Below, piece by piece: positions 9,962 to 19,209 of a stretch of DNA of 59,881 nucleotides. Where the stretch lies: positions 1-59,881 of IMG/VR virus record IMGVR_UViG_3300020020_000032; one strand, written 5' to 3'. The notes below the pieces were generated by a model, which made no database searches, was not told the DNA's origin, and worked only from the letters and a program-made list of their open reading frames with translations. The stretch comes from a virus (lineage: Duplodnaviria > Caudoviricetes). Position 1 is the stretch's first letter, and each line of letters begins with the position of its first letter. A program made the translations under genes and the position numbers.

Positions 9962-11579
9962 ATGACAGTGCAACGTAAGCCCATCTTGAAGAAGAAACCG
10001 AGTGGCAAGTTCAAGATGCATGACTTCCAACGGGAGGACATAGACATTCTAGCAGAGCGTGATGCCTCAGCTAACTGGTCTGAAATGGGAGCTATGAAAA
10101 CGACCACAGTTGAGTGGTTGTGGCAGAAGAAACTCAAGCACATACCCAATCCTCGAGTTTTGGTTATCACAACTAAGACAGGTAAAGGTACATACTTTGA
10201 GTCTCTAGCTGAGGTGCTCCCCGAGTGGGACGTATTCACGGTTAACACGACTAAGACTAATATGGTGATTGGGCCTAAGCCTGTTCCAATTAACGTGAAG
10301 TTGCCTGATCCTTTGTACTTTAGGCCGGTGGTAGTTGTAGCACACTATCACTGTTTCACCAACAATGCTTGCATTCCAAAGCAAGTAATGGGTGAGAATG
10401 GTTTGCCCATTCTCAGGGATGATGGTAAGTTTGAAATGACTGAGCCACCCTGTCTCAACTTGCTCTTGAGTCATTGGGATTTCATCGTTGTTGATGAAGC
10501 CCATAGAATCAAGAATCGTGATGCTCAGTGGACTCAGAACATCAAGAAGCTAAAGGCTCCAATGAAGCATATTATGACGGGAACCGGATTCGTCAACAAT
10601 CCGTCAGAAATTTGGAGTCTGTTGAATTTTCTATTCCCCGACGTTTATACATCGGAAGAAAAGTTTAGGAAGCATTACTGCGAAATTGAGAACTACTCAG
10701 GGTACGAAAAGATTGTGGGCATCAAGCCACAAGCGGAGGATGAGTTTAGGGAGTTGGTTAGAACAGTTGGTGTACGTCGAACTATGCTTGAGTGCTTTCC
10801 TGGTATTGGAGAGCCTATCGAGACTATCGTACCTGTCGATCTAAACCCAACACAGAGGCGTATGTATGTAGAGTTGGCTGAGATGCTACATACGCTTGAC
10901 CAACAGGGTGAGCCTCTGCATAGCCCGAACGTGTTGTCTATGCTCAATAGGCTCCGACAGATTTGTGTCGCAACCCCTCAGGTCATTGATGATTACTATG
11001 ATTACAAGGAGGAACGACGCATTATCAAGGTCAAGCTGGTTGAGCCTAGTTCCAAACTCGATGCTACGATGGAGATTATCGAAGGTCTAGAGTGGGATAA
11101 GGAACGTAAGGATCAAGTGGTGGTGTTCTCTAACTTCAAGGACCCACTTGCACTTCTTGAAACTCGTCTTGAGAAAGCGAAGATTCCTTATATCCGTTTG
11201 CTCTCTGAAATGAATGAACAGAAGCGTTACGAGTTGTGGCATGATGTTTGGCCTCAAAAAGAGCATCAGGTGTTCTTGAGTACCCTGGATTTGGGTAGCG
11301 AGAGAACACCTGATTAACCTAACGTCTGCTCACAGGGCTATCTTTCTAGATCAGCATTGGTCGCCAGTGAAGAACACGCAGGCTATCGGTCGTGTGTATC
11401 GTCCGGGGCAAACAGCGGTTGCACAACTTATCTACATCAGAGCAGACGGCACCACAGATAACAGGGTACTCGACAAACAAGTAACCACGAAGGGTTGGTT
11501 CAAACAAATCTTCGGTGAGCCTGACCAGGAGGATGAAGATGAGGAAGTGGATAATCAAGAAACTGATGCGACCGAGTGA
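9962..11579 (+). pseudogene. SNF2-family (SF2) helicase, frameshifted at about 11306-11312
   Basis: SEMGAMKT (motif I), VVDEAH (II), MTGT (III), VVVFSNF (IV); INLTSA..IFLD..WSP....QAIGRVYRPGQ (V/VI) lies in another frame after a net +7 nt insertion. Confidence 0.85.
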
Positions 11580-12029
11580 TTTACAGGGTGGGGATACTTG
11601 TCCCTCCTGTAACAGAACTCTACCTAAATACCTCGTTAATATGTTTGGTCCAGTAAAGGCGCCGCAAAGATGATTCGCAGGAACTATAGTCTGATTCATA
11701 GAAACGGTAGAGGCGAGGTTCATTTAGGTAATGGTAAAATTGCTGTGTGGCTAGATGAAAAGGATGCTATAGATATGGCTCATCATTATGGCCCGTCCGA
11801 TAGATTCTATGACGAATTGATGTACGCAGTTAAGCTGGCCTATCCAAAGGAAGACGAAGATGATACGAGTTCTTAGAATTCTTGAATACAAGTATGCGAG
11901 TCCTGAGCAAGCCGAAAAAGATATGGAGCATTGGACAGTTCCAGCTAATGGAACGTACGAGATGGGAGTTACTGGAAAGACTATCAAATCGGCCATAATT
12001 ATGGACTTGAACTTTGAGGAGGAAGTCGA

Positions 12030-12533
12030 ATGAGCGAGCAGCAGAAAGCAAAGCTTCTCTACGAGGAAAGCGATCTGCGTGGCTTGTATGACGCCCTCAC
12101 AGCCGCCCATGCTCAGAAGGAGGAGCTACGGGAGGCTTGGCTTGAGCGTAGACGCTCGCTTGAAGACGATATCGGGGAACTGATAGCTCGGGAGGAGGGG
12201 CTACGGAAGATGCTTTACCGGGCTGAATATGCGGCTCGTGCCCAAGAAAATCAGGGAAACGAAGGGGATGCTGACGCTATTCGTCGTGATGCGATGCGCT
12301 CGGCACTTGGCCTTGGAATAGGTGAGTCACTTCCTGCTATAGCCGACCAGGGAGCCTCACCCGTTAAGTGCCCGGACTGTTACGGCAAGGGGCTAACAGA
12401 CCAGGATGATGGCCTTGGAATTCTGCTTAACGTGGATGGCAGCACAACCGAGTGCCGTACGTGCCGAGGTTCAGGGGTGGCCTCATCCGGTAAGGACAAG
12501 GCTAAGGGTGCGATCAACGATTGGAGTTTCTAA
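12030..12533 (+). CDS. coiled-coil protein with DnaJ-type CxxCxGxG zinc finger
   Basis: CPDCYGKG ... CRTCRGSG. Confidence 0.7.
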   Translation: MSEQQKAKLLYEESDLRGLYDALTAAHAQKEELREAWLERRRSLEDDIGELIAREEGLRKMLYRAEYAARAQENQGNEGDADAIRRDAMRSALGLGIGESLPAIADQGASPVKCPDCYGKGLTDQDDGLGILLNVDGSTTECRTCRGSGVASSGKDKAKGAINDWSF

Positions 12534-13311
12534 TGACCAAGAGTATCGCACAAACACGTAGAGAAATAGTTGCTAACGATCCTCCTATTGAAGCTGGTCA
12601 GATTTGGAGAGGCTACGATAATAGAGGTAGGATTCTTAGATCAATCAGAATCCTGGGCTTATATCCTGATGGAGAAGAAGCATTACATAGCAGGGCTGAA
12701 CCCGGTAATCTGTGGCTGTATGAAGATCAAGGTAAAGGTTTGTTAAAAACTTCTGTAGGATACATCAGCGTGTGTCCAGAATTTAATCTAAGGTACGTCT
12801 TTCGCTTGAAGAAAGATTAAATTGCATACTCTAACACGAGGACAGGTTTTTACTCAGCCTGACGTAGACGACGGAAGTACAAATGATTTTGATGGTTGGT
12901 ATTGTATCAAGACTGACCCCTATCCTTGTCCTGTGTGTAATGTAGTTGTTCACTACTGTACAGTGGATCACAAGATCATTGTATTTCCTGAAAAGGACAA
13001 TCCCAAACTACTAGAGCTAGCAGCTTGGTGTCAGGGAAATAACCCGTTGGGACTTAATCGTAATCCGAAGGTAATGGAGTACGAAAAGTCAATGGGGCCT
13101 TGCATCAGTTACTACGACTTTGAATACATACGTCATTCGTGAAAGGATAACATGGAAGAACTTATGAGTCAGATTCAGGAAGCCATTGAGTTTTTGATTA
13201 ATGGTGGTGCTAATAGAATTGATACTAAGGCAGGAGCTAGGGTGTTTTGGGTTGGTTCTATGATAAGAATCGACATTGATCCCGATACTATCAGAAACTT
13301 GGGGTGAGAAA

Positions 13312-13731
13312 ATGACATCACTATGGAAAATATGGACGGCGGGAGTTGCTATTACTGTGGTTGTTCTAGCATTGGTTATGTCGTTCGTTTTTGGTACGTG
13401 GTACGTAAGCAAGGGTATTAGTCGTTATCAGAAACGAGCAGACGCTAACAACAACGTGAGAGTAAGTGAAATTCAGATTCGCAACCAGCGGCAGCGTGTT
13501 CAGATTGCCAAGCAGAGGGCCGAGATTAGATATCAGGAGGCTCTCGGTATTCGTAGATCACAGGATGCCATCGCCAGGACTCTGACACCGTTGTACGTCC
13601 AGCATGAAGCTATCGAGGCTCAGGTGGAAATGGCTAAGTCAGATAACCATTCGATTATCTGGGCACCTACAGGAGCTAATGGTGTACCACTTGTCTCTAC
13701 TTTCGATGTTCAAAGGTTCGGCCAGAAATAA
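13312..13731 (+). CDS. membrane-anchored coiled-coil protein (SPFH/band-7 C-terminal-like)
   Basis: N-terminal TM helix, coiled coil, LTPLYVQHEAIEA...IIW.PTG..GVP. Confidence 0.55.
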   Translation: MTSLWKIWTAGVAITVVVLALVMSFVFGTWYVSKGISRYQKRADANNNVRVSEIQIRNQRQRVQIAKQRAEIRYQEALGIRRSQDAIARTLTPLYVQHEAIEAQVEMAKSDNHSIIWAPTGANGVPLVSTFDVQRFGQK

Positions 13732-13744
13732 CAGGTTAAGGGAC

Positions 13745-13773
13745 TTGACAAACGCTCTCGGTTGTGCTAGAGT
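13745..13773 (+). promoter_or_regulatory. sigma70/SigA-type promoter P4
   Basis: TTGACA-17 bp (ending TGTGC)-TAGAGT. Confidence 0.8.
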
Positions 13774-13779
13774 TCCGGG

Positions 13780-14380
13780 TTCAGCGAGGGTCAAACGGGA
13801 AAGGTAGCGTGATTGTCCGTAAAGTGACAGGTCACGATAACAACAGGTTTGAGGAACGTCAGGGTTGCTACGCTGCGGCGTGGCCTGTTCTGTCCGTTCC
13901 TCAACGTGGGGAGGGAATTTCGCTTCTGTTCGCTTCCCTCGCCGGTTTCTCTCCCCATCTCCCCACATATAACGTGGTGGATAGCGTCAAGAGTGATGCA
14001 TAGCCATAATCTAACGGGTCTTGGTTATGAGTAGGTATTCGTGAGAACCTATGCTATCCACCTCCTAGTAAAGCGGGGACTTCCTAGGCAAGTTGACACA
14101 CTAAAAAGGGAAGCGGGTTTTGTTGTCTTTGCCCCGCTTGGCTCGCTTCCCACTTAAAACGTTGAGAAGACTTGCCTTCTCAACATAAGGGTTGGGGGAG
14201 TGGTGCCGCAACTGCTCCCTCAACATACTAAGTTTGTGTGTGGCGAGGCAGGAGACACTCTAACGGAACGGTTAACACACGGCTACACGGAACGGTAGTC
14301 CTAGAGTGATTCGATAGGGGAAGGCGTGGTTGAAAGCATCCGAACTAGTGTAGGGTGTGAGTAAGGTAGCCATACACAAA
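13780..14380 (+). ncRNA. Candidate large structured ncRNA or leader (~600 nt, at least 9 stems), family not recognised
   Basis: No credible ORF; stems at 13808-13836, 13849-13904, 13906-13966, 13976-14062, 14064-14088, 14108-14151, 14161-14184, 14191-14224 and 14233-14380; G-U pairs favour the + strand. Confidence 0.7.
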
Positions 14381-14387
14381 GGAGATA

Positions 14388-15713
14388 ATGGCAACTAAAC
14401 AAGCACAGTGGGTTCAACCTAAGATACCTAGTAAGTGGGATATCATACCCATTCACAGTAGCGACCGGGCCAACTTTAGACGTTGCCGTCGCTATTGGGA
14501 CTGGAGTAGTCCGTCCCGACATAATTTAACTGTTCGCGCTGATATTCACGGCGTTAGTATTCCGCTGTTTTTCGGTACAGGCATCCATCATGCGCTTGAG
14601 CAGTTTTATAACCCTATATTGCGTCGTGATCCAGTCGAAGCGTTCCAAACGTGGTTCGACGTTCAATGGCGTGGTGGTACTGTCACAAAAGAGTGGCTTG
14701 ACCGCGTTTACGATCTTAAACCACGTTCCACAGGTGAATATATCGTCGAGCAGGACAGTTGTACTTGTCCTATCGAACCTCGTAATGCCGAGCATCATGG
14801 ACATCTTCCAAAATGTCCTGCGGTTATCGGCATTTATATGGTTCGGGGGCTAGAGGACATTCTACCCGATCCTGACCACAACGAGTGGGATGAGTTGAGA
14901 GAACTCGGCGTAGAAATGATGAAGTATTACAAGACGTATGCCGAGATTAACGATGATTTTGAGGTACTCACAGCCGAACATGATTTTAGCATTCCAGTGT
15001 GGGACTATGAGAACGATTGTATTCTCAAGGCACTGGACGTTCGGGATGATTCACCGAATTGTGGTGAGATTCTTGAAGTCCATGCTCGCGGTCGTATGGA
15101 TGCTGTTGGCATTAGACCTAGTGAAAAGTATCTGTTGGTTGAGAACAAGTCAGCTACACGTTGGGGTGAAGAAGAACTTCGTAAGTTAGAGTCAGACGAA
15201 CAGTGTACGAACTATCTCTATTGTGCGGAGGTTGAGGCTACGTACTATGATCTTCCACATAAAGGTCAACCTTTGGAGGAAGTCATATACAATGTCCTGC
15301 GGAAAACTTATCCCAAACCACCAACAGAACTCAAGAACGGTATGTTCTCCACAGATCGCCAGAACGAGTCAACGACGATTGACTTGCTTGACAAGTTCAT
15401 CGCCACGAATATGCCAGGTATTCCACTCAACGAGAAACAATCGGAGTACCGCAGTTATCTACGAGAGATAGGTGATGAGAACTTTATCGTCAGAAAGCCT
15501 GTCCGTAGGAATCGGCACCAACTCAGAAATGCGGGTCGAAGGTTGTACCTAGAAAGCATGGATATGCTCTCCAAGCCTAGAATTTATCCCAACATCAGCA
15601 ATTCCTTCAAGTGCCTTAACTGCGCTTTTAGGCCACCTTGCATGGCAACTGAGGATGGTGGCGATTGGGAACAACTAATCAAGGATAACTACACTGTCAA
15701 CAAGGATCGCTAA
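14388..15713 (+). CDS. PD-(D/E)xK exonuclease, Cas4/RecB/AddB-like, with putative 4Fe-4S cysteines
   Basis: FRRCRRYW; FGTGIHHALE; GRMD...LVENKS; Q...Y; CLNC.FR..C; GGAG RBS. Confidence 0.85.
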   Translation: MATKQAQWVQPKIPSKWDIIPIHSSDRANFRRCRRYWDWSSPSRHNLTVRADIHGVSIPLFFGTGIHHALEQFYNPILRRDPVEAFQTWFDVQWRGGTVTKEWLDRVYDLKPRSTGEYIVEQDSCTCPIEPRNAEHHGHLPKCPAVIGIYMVRGLEDILPDPDHNEWDELRELGVEMMKYYKTYAEINDDFEVLTAEHDFSIPVWDYENDCILKALDVRDDSPNCGEILEVHARGRMDAVGIRPSEKYLLVENKSATRWGEEELRKLESDEQCTNYLYCAEVEATYYDLPHKGQPLEEVIYNVLRKTYPKPPTELKNGMFSTDRQNESTTIDLLDKFIATNMPGIPLNEKQSEYRSYLREIGDENFIVRKPVRRNRHQLRNAGRRLYLESMDMLSKPRIYPNISNSFKCLNCAFRPPCMATEDGGDWEQLIKDNYTVNKDR

Positions 15714-15889
15714 TGTTTCAATATACATGTGGCTGTTTGATAGGTTGGTTCATGGGATCACCTCCTAGCAAGTGTCCTGTTCACTGGATTCAAGAACAGA
15801 TACGTGAAGGCGATCATCAATTGGAAAATAGACTTTATGCAGCTAAACCACTAATTCATAGAGCGGATCTTGTCAACAAAGACCGATAA
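15713..15889 (+). CDS. 58-aa Cys-containing protein ending VNKDR (not in the ORF track)
   Basis: TAATG-coupled; MFQYTCGC...SKCPVH...DLVNKDR. Confidence 0.6.
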   Translation: MFQYTCGCLIGWFMGSPPSKCPVHWIQEQIREGDHQLENRLYAAKPLIHRADLVNKDR

Positions 15890-17722
15890 TAACCACCTAA
15901 AGATTGTCTGCGTTGATTGTGGTAAGTTGGCAAACTACAGCATTCCGTGGAGAGTATGGTGGTGTGGCTTTTGTGATAGAGAAGTCACGGATGAGTTGAT
16001 TTGCAGAACGTTCATGTTCACTGGCAATCCAATGAATTAGGAGAACGGGAGTTATGAACGAAGCAATCTTTATAGCAGGAGCAATTTTTATTCATGCAGG
16101 TTGGACTACACCATCCAGAGAAGACGATGATGTTGCCATTCCTGTTCTTATGGGTATTTTGTGTTTGTGGATAGGTATTTTGGTATGGGTATTGGAATAG
16201 GTAAACTGGTAGGTAAGGTAGTTGGGGAAACTATGGCACTTCCCGTTACGATAGTGGATGAAACGATGGAAGCGGTGGAGGAAGCCATGGACACACTTGG
16301 TAAGAGGATTGAAGGAGAGGATGAAGATGCCAAAGATCGCAGTTAGAACAGAAGATCGTGTAAGAATTGAAGTCGAGTACGATGATTATAAAGAATGGGA
16401 GCGCATTCTTGGTGATGATGCTGAGGAACACACGACGTTTGCTGATCCTGCTCACCCAAAAACCAGTGGTTGGTGGAAAACTTTGTATCTCAAGGTTGGA
16501 GAGACTGAGTATCGTTTCAGTGGCCCACTAATGCGAAGTCGTGAGGACTAATGATTGAGAAACTTTACAGCGAGGAACAAGGAAGAATTGGAACTATCGC
16601 AGAAAAGATCAATGAGATTATCGACGCAATTAATGGTTCGATGGAAAGTGATACTGGTGCTAGTGATTGGTACATCACAGGAGCACATGCTAGAAGGGCG
16701 GTTGGTTACCTGTGTGCAGTATTGGTAACGCAAGGGCATCTACCAAAGGACTTCGACTTCGCGTGGGTGGCTGATATTTGGGCAAAAGCACTTGAGGCTA
16801 CAATGTCTCATTCAGACGAAGATCCATCACCCATCGGGGTATCGAATGAAACTAGACCTTAGTGATAGTAAAGAATACTTGGAGGCTTTGAAGCTAGCTG
16901 AGAACTTCCCATCTATCTTTGATTACGCAAGTCGGGAAGATAATTGGGACGGAGATCAGCTACTTGATGAGGCTATGGAAGCCATACATAAGTGGTGTCC
17001 TCACCTCTGGCCTCAAATAGATAGATTCGTTCTAGCCTATGTCTCTGAGCATTAAGGAGGTTGAGGCCCTACTCAAACCTCAGCCAAAGAAATACCCACG
17101 CAGGGTACAGATTGGACCGTTCCATCTTATGGATGGTAACAGTCGTTGTTGTTCACGTGGTTGCGGTAGCCCTACTCAATATCAAGTCTGTGGAGTTTGG
17201 TACTGTATGGTTCATGCAGTTGAGTTGTTGAATAAGATGGTAGTGATTCTTGCCAGTGACAAAGGTTGGCACAAAGCATTTGTCAAAGCAAAGGAGAGAG
17301 CGGCATGAGGAAGCTGGTTTGTGATGGTGTTGATTGTGGTATCGCTGAGGATTCTAGCGTATCACGATCGAAGCGTGTAATTCAACGAGTCAAGTTGTCT
17401 ATCGTTATCGATGATCGAGAAAGTTGGGCAGGTAGTACGATTGATTATGAAGCTGACCTTTGTACTGATTGCCAACTTCGTGTGCTTCACAACTACTTCG
17501 GCATACCAGCACAGGGCAAAACAGTTTTGCCAGCTTTCATTGAACCACAGAGTATTAGGGCAATAAGGTAAACAATGACAAGCACAGGGTTCATCATAGT
17601 GACCATTTTGTTAGCGATTCTCGCAGTTATTATTCCCGTATCGTGGCATCATGGATATACTGCCGGTTACGCAGATGGGAAAGAAGTCGATACTGGCGTG
17701 TATGGCGATTGGAGGGACGACG

Positions 17723-18535
17723 TTGGCAGCAACTACGGTGAATAATGAACTGCGAGATAGTTTGCAAGTCAAGCCTCCGAGTGAAGCCGTAGATTGGTTG
17801 AACATTATGGTCTATGGTGATCCGGGTGTTGGCAAGACGTATCTGGCAGGTACTGCAGAAGATGATCCTCGCACTAGTCCTGTTCTGTTTTTGGATATCG
17901 AGGGTGGGGTCACTACAATTCGGAACAGGACAGGAATAGATGTCCCTCCGAACATGAAGAACATCAAAGAGATTGAGGTTTTGTACGACAAGCTGTGGAA
18001 GTCAATCGACAACAAGGGTAAGCTGTATTACAAGACAGTGGTGGTTGACTCGCTTAGCGAACTGACGGACGTTGATATGCGCTCAATCATGAAGGACGCT
18101 TATGCGAAGAACCCCGATAAAGTCGATAAAGATGTGCCAAGTCAACGTGAATGGGGTAAGGCAAGAAGTCACATGCGTACAATCGTTAGGGCGTTTCGTG
18201 ACCTTCCCTGTAACGTGATCTTTACGGCACAAGTAGCAACCCTTCAAGAAGAAGGGCAACCAACGAAGTACATGCCGGGATTCGCGGGTAAGTTGCGAAC
18301 AGAGCTTCCGGGGTTCATGGACATTGTTGGTTATATGTCGTCGGAAGTAGAACAGGGGGTGATTACTAGAAAGATACAAGTTCAGGGTACTCGTCGAGTC
18401 GTAGCAAAGGATCGTACTGCGGCTCTTGGGGATATACTGGAAAACACTTCTATCCCCGAAATGTTCGACCTCATTCATAATCACTCAGCGGTGCAGGTCA
18501 ATAGTAAGACTGCCGCTAGCAACAAGAAAGGGTAA
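17723..18535 (+). CDS. Sak4-like / AAA_24 P-loop ATPase (phage recombinase)
   Basis: YGDPGVGKT Walker A; FLDIEGG; VVVDSLSEL; NVIFTAQ; GGAGG RBS before TTG 17723. Confidence 0.85.
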   Translation: MAATTVNNELRDSLQVKPPSEAVDWLNIMVYGDPGVGKTYLAGTAEDDPRTSPVLFLDIEGGVTTIRNRTGIDVPPNMKNIKEIEVLYDKLWKSIDNKGKLYYKTVVVDSLSELTDVDMRSIMKDAYAKNPDKVDKDVPSQREWGKARSHMRTIVRAFRDLPCNVIFTAQVATLQEEGQPTKYMPGFAGKLRTELPGFMDIVGYMSSEVEQGVITRKIQVQGTRRVVAKDRTAALGDILENTSIPEMFDLIHNHSAVQVNSKTAASNKKG

Positions 18536-18537
18536 AC

Positions 18538-19035
18538 TTGACTGGTCCACTTAACCTAGCTGATGCCGATCTTAAAGGCATCGAAGCTGTAGAGCCTGGA
18601 AGGTACAACGCAGTTATCCATGAAATGAAGCTGGACGCTGTGAAGAACACGGACGGCACAGGTAAGATGCCTGCCGGTACCCCGATGATTAAGGTGCAGT
18701 TCAGGATCACCGACGATATCAACGGTTCTACGAATCGTCGTGTATTCTCTCAGTATCTAATCCCTCCAAAGGATTACGATAAGGAGAAGGCTGCAAAGAT
18801 CAAGGGTATGACAGCTAGGTTCTTCATCGCTCTCGGCGACAAGGAAGAAGATGTAGTGAGTGCCAAGTTTGATCCTGACTTTGAGGATTATCTTGGTCGT
18901 GAGTGTGTTGTCGTCGTTGGCAAGGAGCCAAAGAAGATCAATGGAGTTGTTGTCGAAGATGAGTTCAACAACCCCGTCAAGGGTGTCAAGCCAGCGGGAT
19001 CTATCGCTGCTGGTGAGGATACTGGGCTTCTGTAA
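18538..19035 (+). CDS. DUF669-like ssDNA-binding protein
   Basis: PG.YNAVI...G.PMIK..F.I; follows the Sak4-like gene; short acidic/hydrophobic tail. Confidence 0.7.
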   Translation: MTGPLNLADADLKGIEAVEPGRYNAVIHEMKLDAVKNTDGTGKMPAGTPMIKVQFRITDDINGSTNRRVFSQYLIPPKDYDKEKAAKIKGMTARFFIALGDKEEDVVSAKFDPDFEDYLGRECVVVVGKEPKKINGVVVEDEFNNPVKGVKPAGSIAAGEDTGLL

Positions 19036-19038
19036 AGA

Positions 19039-19145
19039 ACTAGCTCAATTGCGTTGCACAAGCCTTGTCGGGCGAGCCTTACCCCGAGTTAGGCAAACGT
19101 CGAAGGCGGGGAACGTAGGTAACTGCGTTCTGCGATTGAGCTAGT
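19039..19145 (+). ncRNA. Candidate ~107-nt multi-branch structured RNA
   Basis: 14-bp closing stem 19039-19052/19132-19145 enclosing 19062-19094 and the GUAA-capped hairpin 19111-19130. Confidence 0.55.
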
Positions 19146-19149
19146 ACAA

Positions 19150-19188
19150 GGAGAGAGGTACTACGAGGTTTTTGTGGTACCTCTCTCC
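19150..19188 (+). other. Strong hairpin before the primase gene
   Basis: GGAGAGAGGTAC / GTACCTCTCTCC 12-bp perfect stem with no U-tract. Confidence 0.6.
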
Positions 19189-19209
19189 ATATTAACGGGA
19201 AAGGCTTAG

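Larger units (their letters stand above)
1..13731 (+). other. Early/host-takeover region: dense run of co-oriented small hypothetical ORFs
   Basis: Dozens of abutting or overlapping + strand ORFs, mostly 35-170 aa, with GGAG/AGGA RBSs and ATGA/TAATG overlaps; many are acidic or contain CxxC. Confidence 0.85.

Noticed and set aside
11290-11320. Programmed ribosomal frameshift in the helicase
   Set aside because: No slippery heptamer; the extra bases are fully explained as an inverted copy of nearby sequence
13764-14034. ORF-track ORFs overlapping the structured region
   Set aside because: No RBS, implausible composition, and one starts inside the promoter; better explained by RNA structure
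14093-14125. Extra promoter at the TTGACA near 14093
   Set aside because: No -10 hexamer at 16-18 bp
13780-14380. CRISPR array or tRNA/tmRNA cluster next to a Cas4-like gene
   Set aside because: No identical periodic repeats and no cloverleaf or T-loop motifs; the nuclease sits in a standard exonuclease-Sak4-SSB recombination module with no other cas genes
19091-19120. c-di-GMP-I riboswitch (GGCAAAC...GAAG...GG)
   Set aside because: Only partial resemblance; lacks the GGGACGCAAAGCC continuation and the P3 architecture
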